A stretch of DNA of 64,000 nucleotides from the human T2T-CHM13v2.0 reference genome, Homo sapiens (GCF_009914755.1 NC_060947.1); one strand, 5' to 3'; shown: positions 1 to 16,007, counted from the stretch's first letter. A program made the numbers and translations. Notes: generated by a model from the sequence alone, not told the origin.

Positions 1-526
1 GGCAGGAGCTGGCCAAGGCCCCCAGTGTGGCTTCCCACTGTGGGACTTTTCCCTCTAGGGTTCCTCGTCCATCCAAACAACTCATTTGTGTTCTTGGTTT
101 CTGAGGGACTGACAGAAGGCAGTCAGTCCAGGTTCTGTTAACCATTGACACCAGTTCCTCCTCTTCACAAGCATGGATGACATCTGTAGATGTTCTGCAT
201 GGGATGCTCAGGAGCTGGGTTGCCCCTACTGTCCCCTAGTTGCAGCTCTGTCAGGTGTAATTGTGCACTCGGCAGTCAGTATGATTTCAACATACTCACA
301 GAAATTTAGGAAGGCTGAATGAGGAGCTTTTTTTTTTTTTCAGGAAAAGGGGAAGGTTTTCATGAACCATTTGAAAACCAGAGATCACTAATGTCCCCTC
401 TCTCTGGCTTGACTCTTTCCACATGTCAGGTTTTGTGTTTTCTTCATTGTTAGAAAACCAGTGTGTACTAATCTGAAATCAAAACTTTCCACTTCTTACA
501 AATCAAAACTACAATGAGATATCATC

Positions 527-980
<454 letters not shown>

Positions 981-1531
981 TAAAAAGAAAGTCAATTAAT
1001 GTAAGTAACGATATATTAATCAGTTAAAGTAAAAAATAATAATCTCAATAGATACTATAAAGACACTCAATGTAATTCAATATATACTTTAAATAAAACC
1101 AAGTATCTCTTAAAAAAAAAAGACCTTCCCATTTCTTTACTTATCATCTACCGTCCTCTAGATCTTTTCTCTGAAATGGTCATATGCAAGAGGGAAAAAA
1201 GAATTTTCAGAGAAAAAAATTTTAATAAATCAACCAATAATACACATCATGTTCAGAAACTGATCAGGATGAAATTCCAGATTTAAAAATAAATTTATGT
1301 AGGTTTGCATAACTTCTTATCCCTTTTGTCTCTATCATTTATTTCACGAGCAGGCTGGAAAAGTTCAATGCTTTGCTGGTGACAGCTCTGCATTGAATGG
1401 TCAAAGTGCCTTACCAAGGTGTGTACACCAGGAGAAAAGTTAGGGAAGCAAAGCCAGGCTATTAGTCCTTTGTTGTGTAGGAGCTGAGGGCTTTGGCCCT
1501 TTACAGGTTCACTGGAAATGACTAACATAAG

Positions 1532-1771
1532 GCAGATTGAGCCCAGGAATTAAAGACCAGCCTAGACAACACAGAGAAACTCCATCTCTACAAAAAGATA
1601 AGAAAATTAGCCTGGCATCCTGGCACATGCCTGTGATCTCAGGTACTCGTGAGGCTGAGATGGGAGGATTGCTTGAACCCAGAAGGTCGAGGCTACAGTG
1701 AGCCATGATTGCACCACTGCACTGCAGCCTAGGCAACAGAGTGAGACCGTCTCAAAATAAAAAAGAAAAAA
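1532..1771 (+). mobile_element. 5'-truncated AluJ-type element
   Basis: TTGAGCCCAGGA..., right arm, A tail. Confidence 0.85.
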
Positions 1772-2508
1772 TATTTCCCCTCCAGCCTTCCCTGAAGGGG
1801 ATGGTCCCTCTAGCATTTATTACATTATAAGTATATAGCATTTCACATCAATTTTATCATACATCCAGATGCAGCAGCCATAAAACAAAAAAAAAGCTAT
1901 TTTTAATTCCTTTTTTTGGCTTTCATTGCAATTATAGGGTTAACATCATAGCTGCCAGGGGAGATTCTGTCTGGAAGGCTGGGAGGGGCTGCAGTAGCAG
2001 CAGCAAAGCTGAAGAAAAGGCTGGAGAAATTTTTCTTTTTGTTCCCTTTGGTTTATCTAAGCTTTGCTCCAGCCCAGAGAACTGATATAATTTTTCCCTC
2101 CCACCTGGAGGAGAGAGAAACCCAAATTTTTAACATTTTTCATCCACCCCAGCATTACTTTTGTGAATTCCCAGTCCCTTTCTTTTGTTTGGAAGAGAGG
2201 ACAAAAACCAAAATTTGACCTGGCTGTGCTCCCACCCCACAATCTCCGGCATGGCAAAAGACGCCAAGGAATGCAGTGATCCAAGTCTCCAAGAGTTGGA
2301 TGTGTTCTTTTTAAATTCTGTAAGTAACATTTACCTCTCACAAGAGACAACAGATAGCTGCTGTTTCACAGCGTGTGTGAGGCCATAATCGCCCGAGCAC
2401 AAAAGGTTCATCACCCATTACTCCTTCATCCTTTCTTTACTTAAACAAGGCTTTCACCATATTTTAGTGAGTCAGGCTCATTCTGGCAAATCCCACCACT
2501 GTCACAAC

Positions 2509-3052
2509 TGTGTCAGGGGTCCCCAAGACCACTCCCATTTTCGATTATTTGCTGGGAGGACGCACAGGACTCACAGTCAGCATATAGCTGGACTCATGTT
2601 GGTGAAGATTCATTACAATGGAAGTATACGGCAATATCAGCACAAAAAAAAAAGTGTATGGGGCAATGTCCCGAGGAAACCAGCCCAAGTTTCCAGGAGT
2701 CCTTTTTTAGGAAAGTCACAGAATTCGTTCCTCCAGAAATCAATTGTGACATGTGTGATGTGACATATTTTCTACCAGAGCAGCTCACTAGAGATTCAGT
2801 GTTGAAGACTTTTACTGGGGGCTGGTCACACAGGCACCCTCTGCCTAGCATGTGCCAAGATTCCAGACTTCCAGAATGAAAGCACCTATGCAGCATAAAC
2901 TATATTTTGTACAAACAGTTTAGGCAGAGTAAGGGAATCATGGGAATCCTTCCCAAATCCAAGTTCCCTGATGCCTGGCAAGGGCCAACATGGTAAGCAG
3001 GCCCTTCTAAGGGAAGTCTCAGGCTTCCTATATTATTAACCCTTTTCTGCCA
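2509..3052 (-). mobile_element. ERVL-class solo LTR, MER68/MER77 family
   Basis: TGTGTCAGGGGTCCCCAAGACCAC...TTAACCCTTTTCTGC matches the reverse complement of the MER68/77 LTR as I recall it. Confidence 0.75.
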
Positions 3053-3086
3053 GCACCGAACAACAGACCTTCGAAACACAAAAGCA

Positions 3087-3441
<355 letters not shown>

Positions 3442-4281
3442 TTATAATTATAGTTGGAGATTTCAATTCTCTCTCAGTAATACATAGAAATAGTTGAAAG
3501 AAAATTAGCAAGGATATAGAAGAACTGAATGACACCATTTACCCACTGAATTGTATTTACATTTACAGAACCATCTACATAACAACATGAGGATATACAT
3601 TCTTTTCTAGTACATATGGACACTTCACCAAAATAGCCCATATCTTGGGTCACAAAATAAATCTTCCCAAATGTAAAATAATTGAAATCATACAGAGCAT
3701 GTTCTCTGATCAAAATAGGAAAAAAAAAAAACAAGGAATAAGAGAAAGTAAACAGGAAAATCTCCAAACTTAGAAATTAAACAATCCATATACTTCTAAG
3801 TAATCCATGGGTCAAGGAGCAATACAAGGGAAATTAGAAAATATTTTAAACTGAATGAAGATGAAAATACAACATATTAAAATTTGCAGGATGCAGCTAA
3901 ATCAGTGCTAGGGAGTAAATTTATACCATTACATTATCATATTGGAAAAAATAAAGGACCCAAACCCATTATGAAACTTTCCACCTTAAGAAACTAGAAA
4001 AAGAAAATAAAAATAACCCAAAGTAAGCAGAATGAGGGAAATAAAGATTGGAGCTGAAATCGATAAGACTGAAAACAAAAAAAAAGAACAGACAAAATCA
4101 ATGGCCCAAAAGCTCGTTCTTTGAAAACTTTAATACAAGTTAGAGACCCCACAAAAATGAAAAGGATACTATGAATAACTAATGAATACTAATTCACAAA
4201 TATATGAATGCATATACATTAAGCAACTTAGATGAAAATGGAACAATTGTTTGAAAGACACAAACCACCAAAACTTACTCA

Positions 4282-4464
<183 letters not shown>

Positions 4465-4501
4465 TCATCTAAATAGATTCCATCTATTAAAAGATGGAAT
4501 T

Positions 4502-4780
4502 TTCTTAATCCAGTCTATCATTGTTGGACATTTGGGTTGGTTCCAAGTCTTTGCTATTGTGAATAGTGCCACAACAAACATACATGTGCATGTGTCTTTG
4601 TAGCAGCATGATTTATAATCCTTTGGGTATATACCCAGTAATGGGATGGCTGGGTCAAATGGTATTTCTAGTTCTAGATCCCTGAGGAATCGCCACACTG
4701 ACTTCCCTAAACTTAAAGTATAATAATAATAAAATTTAAAAAATAAAATAAAAAAATAAAATCACTGCAGAAAAAAAAAA
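4502..4780 (+). mobile_element. Young L1PA (about PA2-PA4) short insertion with 5' inversion
   Basis: 4502-4706 is antisense L1PA ORF2 C-terminus; 4707 onward is the sense 3' end AAACTTAAAGTATAATAAT plus poly-A; TSD AAAA(G/C)ATGGAATT at 4489-4501 and 4777-4789. Confidence 0.9.
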
Positions 4781-5811
4781 CATGGAATTGATGGTTGAAA
4801 TATTTACCAAATCATGTTATAAGATCAGCATTACACTGACACCAAAATCAGACAAAGACAGCATTAAGAAAAAACCAACTATAGTGTAATCTCCCTCATG
4901 AACATAGATTCAGAAAATTCTCAACAAAATATTATCAAGAAAACATTTGGTTAATATTAAATCCAATAATATATAAAAAGGATAATGCACCAAGACCAAG
5001 TGGGATTTATCTTGGGAATGCAAAGCTGGTTCAATATTCAAAAATGTGTCAATGCAATCTACCATATTAATATACCGAAAAAAAACTGCAAACTCCAACC
5101 ACATGGTCACAACAGTTGATACAGATAAAGCCTTTGACAAAATTCAACAGTCATTCATAATTAAAGAAAAAAAAAACAGCAAACCAGAATTAGAAGGAGG
5201 CTTGCTTAACTTGATATGGAGCAACTAAAAAAATCCTACACCTTATATTATACTTAATAAAGACTAACTGCTTTCTCCATAACATCAGGAACCAAACAAG
5301 GTTGCTCATTCTCACCCCTGTTATTCAATATTGTACTGAAAGTTCCAACCAGCTTAAAAAGGAAAGAAAAAGAAATAAATGGCTTACAGATTGGAAAGGA
5401 GGGACTACAACTACTCCAACTCACAGACATTATTATAATCTACATAGAAAATCTTGTCAGATTTATAAAAAATACTTCTCGAATGAACAAGGGAGTTAAG
5501 CAACATTATAGGATATATGTTCAACAACAACAAAAAGCAAAGCACTTCTATAGACTAGCAATGAACTGCTTGGAACATTTTTAAAAATATACAATACCAT
5601 TTACAATAGCTGCCCCTGAAAACCTAACAAAACATGTGCAGGAGCCGTATGCTAAAAACCATCAGAAGCTAATGAAAGAAATAAAGGAACAATTAAATAA
5701 AGAGAGGGACGTACTGTACTCATGGATTACAGACTCATTATAGGAATGATGTCCCCAAATTGATGTACAGATTTCATGCAATTCCAATGAAATTCCCAGC
5801 AGGATCTTTTA

Positions 5812-6164
<353 letters not shown>

Positions 6165-6469
6165 ATCTATTTGCCTTATTTTTGTGGATAGTTCAACAGA
6201 AAGAGAACAGTCTTTTCAACAAATGGTGTTGGAAACATTGGACATCCAGGATATTTATCCTAGAAGAAGGAAAATTTATGTTTACACAAAAATCCATGCA
6301 CAAATGTTTATGGCAGCTCTATTCATAATTGTACCAAACTAGAAATGACCCAAATGTCCTTCAATGGGTGCATGGATAAACAAGATCTGCTACACACATA
6401 CAATGGAATATTATTCAGAAAAAAAGAAGGAACTATTGATATATTCAACGATTTGAATGAAACTCAAGG

Positions 6470-6853
<384 letters not shown>

Positions 6854-7109
6854 CTATGATATCCTGGAAAAGACAATAGTATAGTGATAGAGAACAGATC
6901 CGTGGGTGCCAGCGCTTAGGGGTGGGAGAAGGAAGTGACTATACAAGGGCAGCACAAGGAACCCAGGAAGTTCTTTGGGGTGATGCATATGTTCTGGATA
7001 CTGACTGTGATGGTGGTTATATCTATCTATACAGGTGTTCAAATTCACAGAACTATACCTCAAGTGTCCATTTTACTGTATAATTTCAAAAATTAAGAAA
7101 ATTTGCCCA

Positions 7110-7440
7110 CCAGACAGGTTAGAATCCTTGCTTTCTGTAAAACTGTTATAATACAGACATATGTATGCCTAAACACTATTGTTATTTGCTTTTGAGCCAT
7201 GTAGAAAGGGAATCACATAGCATATCCTCTTTTATATCTGGCTTCAGTCACCTAATGTTATGTCTCTGTATGGTCTAGCTCATTCCTTCTCATAGCTGTG
7301 CAGTAATTCATAGTGTGAATCTGGCAGAATTTATTTATGCAACTTCTTATTGGTGTGTAGTTGGGTTGTTTCCAGTTTTTAGCTATTACAAGTAGGGTTA
7401 CTCTATGAACATCATTGCATGTACAAGAATTCTCATCACA
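7110..7440 (-). mobile_element. Old L1ME-type 3' fragment
   Basis: TTGGGTTGTTTCCAGTTTTTAGCTATTACAA is typical antisense L1M. Confidence 0.65.
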
Positions 7441-8989
7441 GGTCTGGATGGTCAAAAAGTAAATCAAACACTAATTAACGATCCAATAGGAGAATGACTG
7501 AATAAACTATGGCTACAATAAATGATGGCATATAATCCAAATCAGGTCAGAACAGGTGAGTCATTATTTGGATAAATTACCCAAGTGTTAACCTGGTGGC
7601 TGTTGTGATGATGACGCATGGCTCTAATGACTGCATGTGGGTCGCAGTAACTCACAGTGAGCTCACTGGGCTCGTCTCGGGGCACCCATAGGCAGAGATG
7701 ACGACAACAGGAAGGAACAGTGACAAAGCAGGTGGCCACCCGAGAACACTATAGAGAAAATCTCACCTGGTCCCCAGACCATGGTTCTGCTCACAACCTC
7801 AGAACTTCCCTCGCCTGACTGTCCTGAGCACTTCCAGGAAGGCAGCCCCTGGCTGTCCCTGAGGTGGCCGCATCTGTCCTTCCCCACCAACCCTGACCCA
7901 CTCCTCCTCCTCTTGGGCCAAATCTGCTTTATTAACGCCTCAGCTCCCCTCCATTCATGAGCATCCCCTGCATGTTGGGGGTATAATGATGCTCACTGCG
8001 CAGGTGAGGAGACTGAGTGTCGTAGAGGGCAGCAGCTGGGCCTGCAGCTGCACAGCAGGTCAGTGGGCCTGTGCTGGGTGGGCCGTGCCTCACCCCACAG
8101 CTGTGCACCCCCTCAAGCTGTATGGAGATTGTCTGCTGCCTCCTCTTCTGAGGGATCCTCCTGGTCCCTGTCTCCCCAAACCACCAGGCCTGGAGCTTCT
8201 AGACCCAGAGTTCAGGCCCTGGGAGAGGACAGGGTGGAGGCGGAGCCGGCAGCTGGCCAGGATCTGGCTGGGGGGTTGGTGGCCTTTTCCTGAGCCCCAG
8301 GCTCTGTTGGAGCCTGCCCCCAGTATCTTCAGGATCCAGGCTGGTGCCCTCAGGACTCGCCAACCTATAGCCTGACCTGCCTCAGAGCCAGTGCATCTTG
8401 TAGAAGAAAGCATATAATGCAATCATTAAATAAGAAAAGGAAGACAAAATTATATGAGAATTTTCCTTTAGCCATGGAAATGAGCTTCTGGTACAAGGAG
8501 AAGAAGTAGGAAGGAGTGAAAAGCCATCTGCAGATGACCCCAACAGCACTAAAACCTGGCCCTAGGCTGCCCCTACCTGTCCACATGCAGAGAGGGAGGC
8601 TCCAAGAGACACCCAGCCTGGAGCTCATGCACCCTGAGGCCTCTGACCCCACCAGGAGTGAATGTTTAAGACTGTTCCTCTGTCTTCTCTGAGGCTTTCC
8701 CGGTCTTGGAGATGAGATGCCCCCTGCTGGCAAAGGTGGATATCACTGCAACGTGGCTGCACTGTGCCTGGAGACACCAAGACCTCACCGTGGGACCACA
8801 GGCTTCAGTCAGGCTTCCCTGACTGAAAGGAAAAGGTCACTTTGACTTAGCAGGAAGCTCAGGTTTGGACTTGGTCCCACCCTGGACAACAGACACGGAG
8901 AAGAGGAAGTGGAGGGGTTGTAGGATGTGGGTGGGTGACAGCAGGGCTGAGGGCTGAGGACAGAATGAGCAGGGGCCACTGTGAGACTA

Positions 8990-9382
<393 letters not shown>

Positions 9383-9610
9383 TCAGAAGGAGGAGGAGGA
9401 AGAGGAGGACCAGGAAGGCCTCGGCAAAGGACTGTGCTCGGAGCTGGGGCTGATGAGAATACAGAAGGCCCTCACCTGTGAATGGGTGATAGAAGTAGAG
9501 TTGACAGTCACGGAGTTGGGTGAGAAAAGCATGATTCATGTTAGGTGGTCAGCCAGTGTCTGGTACAGAATCACGGTGAGGTGAATACCGATAGTATTGG
9601 TATGAATGGT

Positions 9611-10082
9611 TGTATTAGTCAGGGTTCTCCCAAGAAACAGAACCAAAGAGGGGACTTGTTATGGGAATTGGCTCATGTGACTGTGGGGGCTGAGAAGTCC
9701 CGCCATCTCCATCTGCAAGCTGGAGAGCCAGGGAGGTGGATGGTGTGATTCAGTTTGAGTCCAAAGGCCTGAGAACCAGCAGAGCCAGAGGCATAATTCA
9801 TGGAGTCTGAAGGCTTGAAAACCCGGAGTTCTTATGTCCAAAGGCAGGAGAAGACGGGGTGTCCCAACTCCAGAAGACAGCAAATTCCCCTTTCCTCCGC
9901 CTTCTTGTTGTACCTGTGCCCTCGAGGGATCGGACAATGCCCACCCACGCCAATCTTCCTCCATCGGTTCACTGATTCAAAGGCCAGAAACACCCTCACA
10001 GACACACCCAGAGATAATGGTTTGCCAGCTATTTGGGTTTTTCTTAACCCCATCAAGCAGACACCTAAAACTAACCATCACA
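9611..10082 (-). mobile_element. MLT2B-type solo LTR (ERVL)
   Basis: TGTATTAGTCAGGGTTCTCC...CTAACCATCACA; 5-bp TSD ATGGT/ATAGT. Confidence 0.85.
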
Positions 10083-10329
10083 ATAGTGATATAAAAGGCA
10101 TCACTCTGTGAACTGCCTGCGACATGCTGTTCTCCTCTACAGGGTGGGCACTCACTCTCTTGGAGGCTAAGGTCCATCTGTCTACCTCTGTGGCCCCAGT
10201 ATGGGGACAATGACAGTTACCATCAAGGCTTGCCAAGGAAGAGGGTAAGTGGTAGGCAGAATAGTGGCCCCCCAAACACATCCATGTCATTATTGCTAGA
10301 ACCTATTCCAGCCAGGGAGATGACAGTGG

Positions 10330-10765
10330 GCCTGTACTCAGCCTTGCCCTGTGCCCGGCACTGCTCTCGGTGACTGACCAGTTGTCTCACCTCTCCTTCA
10401 CATAACCCTGTGAGGAGGGAAAGTTAGTACCCTGATGACAGACGAGCAAAGGGAGGCAGAGAGAGCTGAAGCCACTTGCCCACCGTCTGATCCGGGGCAA
10501 TTTAGTCCCTGCCAATGTCACTCCAGCCCCTGCTCCTACCCTGCCTCAACTACTAGACCCATCTAACATGGGCTCGGGAGGAGGGCAGTACACATGTTTT
10601 CCCCAAAACCTGCACCTACCCTGCTTGGCGGGCATTAGCCTCCTTTATGAATGGGGAACTGAGGCTGGTCAAGGACAGGTGACTTGCCCAAAGTCACACC
10701 ACCAGGGCTTGGGGTTCCAGGCTTCTATGAAGCCTGCCAGGCCCCAAAGCCCACATGTCCTGGGC
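10330..10765 (-). mobile_element. Two MIR fragments
   Basis: AACTGAGGC...GTGACTTGCCCAAAGTCACAC-type MIR core. Confidence 0.65.
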
Positions 10766-11699
10766 TATTGTGGGTGTAAATGAGGCCTGAGGGGAGATGG
10801 ACCCCAACATCTGAGGACAAAATGGGCAGATCCTGTCTATCCCCTGAGAGGTGGTGTTCCTGCTCCATGGCTGGCGTCAGGAGCACAGGATAGAGGATTT
10901 CCCACCAGACAATCTCCACAAACAGGCCTGAGGGAGCCTCTGGAGCCTCCAGGATAGAAGGCAAGACCTGGAGCCCAGGGGAGGTTCTGCAGGAAGGAGG
11001 CCGCCTATGCTGTGTGGTCCACACCAGCAGGCCAGGGCACTGCGAGCCTGTGTGCAGGAGTCAGGGACACTCACGCGACTCCCACTTCCCACAGCACTCT
11101 GCTTCACTTGTGAGTCTTTTTTTTTTTTTTTGCCTGAGAGTGTATAAAACGTTAAGTGTATGTTTTAATGACAAGCAATAAGCTGCACGTTCATGTAACA
11201 ACCATATAGTTCAAGGTCGATCACCATCCCAGAAGTCCCCAGGGTCCCTTCTCAATCAGTGTGTTTTTCCTCACTGTCCCCCACCTTCCCCTTCTGCCTC
11301 TCTCTTCCATCCCAGTTCCTTTCTCATTCCTAAAGTCCTGCCTTCCCACTGGAAGTAGAAATGTCATGCTGGCCATGGTTCCTGTATTATCATAAATAAT
11401 TTCTACTGGCTGGCTGGCTGACTTTCAGTGTGGATGGCACCTTCCCTCCAGCTGTGGGCTCAAGCCCTGTGTCTCCCGTGGCACAATAGGAGGTCATCCC
11501 TCTTTTAGGAATTTCAGGTGTGAGCAGGAGAGCAGGCTCAGGGCACTTCTCTGAGCCTCAGGTCCTTCATCTGTGACATGGGAGAACCCCATCTCCCTCT
11601 CAGGTTGTGGGAGAAATAGAGATGGGGACACCAGGCACCTGTCAATGAGTGCCACATGTCAAAACCTTGGATGAGCCTTTCTTTACCATCACACATCCT

Positions 11700-12395
<696 letters not shown>

Positions 12396-12589
12396 GCTGG
12401 AGTGGGGCCCTTTACACACATTGCTAAGATGCACAGATGCCCTCCAAGATGGATATTGGCCCCATTTTACTGATTATGATACATACTGAGGTTCAAGGAG
12501 ACAAGTGACTTGCCCAATGTCACACAATCAAGACTTGGGGGCTCCAGGCTTTGAAATCATGTCTGCCAGCCTCCAAAACCCATAGTTCC

Positions 12590-13720
12590 TGGACCGAGAC
12601 CTCACAGCCAAAAAGGTAAGAAATTTCACTCCTGAGACACAGACTCCCAAACAGCTCAGATACTCAAAGACATCAAAAAGAGCTCACTAATCTCACAACC
12701 TGAAACAGACTCCAAAATCCCTGCACAGAGACCCCACAACTTGACACAGACCCCCAAACAGAACAGAGACCACACATGCTGTGACAAAGACCCCCACACA
12801 CAACAGACCAAAGTTCTCACTCCTGGGAAACAAATTAAAACCATTCAGATATCTCACACCCTAGACAGAGACCCCCCCCAAACCACTCAGACACCTCCCA
12901 ACCTAATACAAAACAGAAACAGAAGTTCAAGTAGCTCAGAAACATCACATAATCTTAAGATAAAGTCCCCAGACAAATCAGAGAACCTACATTCTGGGCA
13001 GAGACCCCTCCCTCCTCCAAACAGCTCAGATACTTTATACCTTAAGCAAAATTGTCCTCACCAACACCAGCTGGGAAACATCACAACTTGGGACCCAGAA
13101 TTGCAAACAGCTCAGAGACTTCACATCCTGGGGTGCAGACACCTACATAGAGCTCTCACACCCAGGGACACAAATGTCCAAAAAGCTCAGAAGATGCACA
13201 CCCAGGCCAGGCGTGGTGGCTCATGTCTGTAATCCCAGCACTTTGGGAGACCGAGGTGGGAGGATCACTTGAGGCCAGGAGTTCAAAAACAGCCTGATCA
13301 ACATAGCGAGACTCCATATCTACAAAATAAAAAATAAAAAACTTAGCCGGGCATGGTGGTGAGCACCTATAGTCGCAGCTACTCGGGAGGCTGAGGCGGG
13401 AGGATAGCTTGAGCCTAGGAGTATGAGGCTGCAGTGAGCCATGATCAGCCACTGCACTCCAGCCTGGGCGACAGAGTGAGACTCTGAAAACAAACAAGAG
13501 AAAAGAAAAGAAGGCATATCCAGACACATAGGCACACAAAATCCACTGAGATAAAATATCCCATTCAGACACAATCTGGACCCCAAACGGCCCAGAGTGA
13601 TCAAATACACCCAAACAGCATCTGAGATGTCATGCCTAAAGATACACATCCCCGAAACTGCTTCACCCGCATTACTTCCTAGGCAAACACCAAACAAGCT
13701 CAGAGACCGCTCCCTGGACA
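12590..13720. repeat. Degenerate ~39-bp A/C-rich tandem array (array 1), split by an Alu
   Basis: Recurring GACACAGAC(C/T)CCCAAACAGCTCAGA(G/T)AC-type units, e.g. at 12636, 12743, 13104. Confidence 0.7.
13205..13510 (+). mobile_element. AluJ-type element
   Basis: Dimer, TTGAGGCCAGGAGTTC diagnostic. Confidence 0.9.
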
Positions 13721-13754
13721 TTAATTGAGTGTAGCGGGAGGAACGATGGTGCCG

Positions 13755-14340
13755 TGCCAAAAGCGCCAGACTAGGCTTGTCACCGAGTTAAGGATAAACA
13801 AGACTGAAAGAGCTCACGTGAAGCAAATGACTAGGGCGAACTTTGCCGGGGTGGCATCTCCAGCCCCTTTGGGACTGTCAGTTGGTGAGTAGGCCAAAGA
13901 ACTCTACTGTATCAAAAGCCACACACCCTCCTCGCTCCCGCTGCCTGAACTTCAGCTCCGCAATCGTCGTGCCTGTCACAAACTGAAGGCCAATGGGAAC
14001 CAGAGATGCGAAGAGGGAGGCAGGGGCTAGCCGGTCCATCCGGAGCCACTCCGCGCCCCGGAAAAGCTTAGTCGGGGCACTCTCGCAGTAACCAATCACC
14101 TCCCGGGACGGCCCTCGACCCCGCCCTTCACATCTTGGAGCCAATCGCTTGCCCCTTTGCGGTCCCCAGCGGGATTTGACTATGTAGAAACGAAGGGGTG
14201 GAGGTAAAGTGAAAATGATGCCTCGAACAGGCTGGGAGAACCGAGTGGTGCGAGTAGGGACGGACCTAACGGGGCAGGAACTGTGGCGGATGCTACACGT
14301 GGGTTTAAAGAGACCCTTAGTGCTGTCGCACACAAGGGAT
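13755..14340. promoter_or_regulatory. CpG-rich promoter-like element (copy 1)
   Basis: Locally retained CpGs; CCAAT at 13990, 14092, 14141; GC box 14119-14126; CACGTG at 13815 and 14296. Confidence 0.65.
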
Positions 14341-14366
14341 TATTCCAAAATGGACAGGCGGAGTGG

Positions 14367-14455
14367 ACTGTCCTTCCTCTGCGCCCCTCAGTGGTACATC
14401 CCAGGATAGAACTGTTCCATCCCGCGCGCCCCTTGGTGGTGCAAACAAGGAACAG
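14367..14455 (-). promoter_or_regulatory. Tandem CTCF-like motifs
   Basis: Minus strand CCACCAAGGGGCGC (14426-14439, 1 mismatch to CCACCAGGGGGCGC, preceded by a GCTGTTCC upstream-motif-like sequence) and CCACTGAGGGGCGC (14381-14394). Confidence 0.6.
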
Positions 14456-14969
14456 CTAGTGGATGCAGATACCCATGGACCATTCCGGGCTGGTCCCCAG
14501 AGGGTGAGAGGGCAAAGTCAGGACAAAAACTGACTGTATACTCACTGCAATCTTGAACAGGAGAAAAGTGTTCCTAAGCAGCAGACTTCCATTACCTTCC
14601 TGCAGCGTCCACCATCAAACGTTTACCACGTGCTGGGCATTGTGCTCACTTGTCCCTCCCTGGGTAATGCAGAATAGATCTAATGGGGGGCCTGCTGGCC
14701 TGGGAACCCAGCCACAGTCCCCCAAGGGGCAGGAGGGATGGAACTCCTGACTGGGCTCAGAAGGCCTGATGCGGGCCAGGTGTCTGTCCTTGACTGTCAG
14801 TAATGGGTGAGAGGGACAGCAGGACCTTCAAGCTCTGTTAGGGAAAGGGCCATCTCTCAGGGGCCCCCAAGGAGAATGAGTAGGCCAAATAAATCCTGTC
14901 ACACCTGAATATGTGCCCTAGCAGAATCCTCAACCTGTCTAGCTATATCTCTCACCAGAATTTTGCATT

Positions 14970-15485
14970 GGTTTATTCATTTGCTAATTTATTCATTCTG
15001 TCCAAAGTATGTGCCAGGCACTGTTATAGGTGTTAGGAATACAGCTGTGTGGAAAGAGACAAAAACTCCTGCCCTCGTGGAGCTTACATTCTATTGGGAT
15101 CATATGGCACAAAAATGTAAGCATGTAATTTGTCAGGTGGTGGTAATTGCTGTAATGAAAAGTCAGGGTAGTGAAATAGAAGAGGGGAGGATCCTATCTA
15201 GAAAGAGTAGCCAAGGAAGATCTTTCTGAGAACGTGAAATTGACATTTCAATAGGAGATGAATATCTGAGAGAAGCATTCTGGGCAGAGATAAGAACCAG
15301 TGCAAAAGTGTTGAGGTGGAACTCTGCCTAGCATGTGTGAGGCACAGTGAGGAGGCCAGTGTTGCTGGAAGAGGTGGGAGATGAGCTCAGAAAGGTAATG
15401 AGGACCAGATTATACAGGACCTTCTGGGCCATGGCAAGGACTTTGACTTACTCTGAGCGAGCCATGGGAAAGTTTTTAGCAGAGA
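14970..15485 (-). mobile_element. L2a 3' fragment
   Basis: ATTCATT...TATGTGCCAGGCACTGTTATAGG...GGAGCTTACATTCTA. Confidence 0.8.
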
Positions 15486-15732
15486 AGCTCCTATGCTTCT
15501 TTCAGAGGCCAGAGGCCCAGGTCACTCAAAGTATAGGGAAGAGCTCCTGGTTTTGCCGAGGGACTCCTCCAGCCCCTCTGCAGCCAAATATGCCTTTCCT
15601 GGACAATCCCTTAGACTCAGAAGGTATCCTCCCAACTGCTCCCCAGAAAAATCCATGTCAGAGGATGATACCCTTAGAAGAAGCTGATCAAGGGCCCTGA
15701 TAGCATGAGTGAGGTCACACCTAGCCCCATGT

Positions 15733-16007
15733 CTGAGAGAGAAAGTAACAGACACAGAGAAGATAGAGGGAAAGAAAGAGAGTAATAGAGAGACAAGGGC
15801 AGAGAGACTACTTCTGGCAGCTGGCTGTCCCTGCTGAATTAGATCCACAGCTCCGGACCCCTATGCATGCTACTAGGTGCTGTGCCTGTGTCTGCAGAGG
15901 AAAGGAAGCCTCTCCCCAGAAACTGTGTCTAGGGACTGACTCACCTGCCCTTGGCCTGGGCCTCAGTCATGAGGGAAGACCCGCCCCACTTCCTTGACAC
16001 ACATTGG
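15733..16007 (-). promoter_or_regulatory. Candidate promoter, first-exon donor and acceptor
   Basis: Minus strand: CCAAT (16003-16007), GGAAGTGGGGCGGG (ETS plus GC box, 15980-15993), CAG/GTGAGT donor at 15944, long pyrimidine tract and CAG acceptor at 15733. Confidence 0.4.

Noticed and set aside
42-52. NF-kB-like GGGACTTTTCC; also PU.1-like AGAGGAAGTG at ~8902 and AP-1 at ~62002
   Set aside because: Isolated short motifs with no supporting evidence.
10848-10932. EVVFLLHGW, resembling a lipase or VWA motif
   Set aside because: Early stop, weak acceptor, no other family motifs nearby.
13878-14333. 151-aa minus-strand ORF over the CpG element
   Set aside because: Expected by chance in GC-rich sequence; no domain; not conserved in the paralog.
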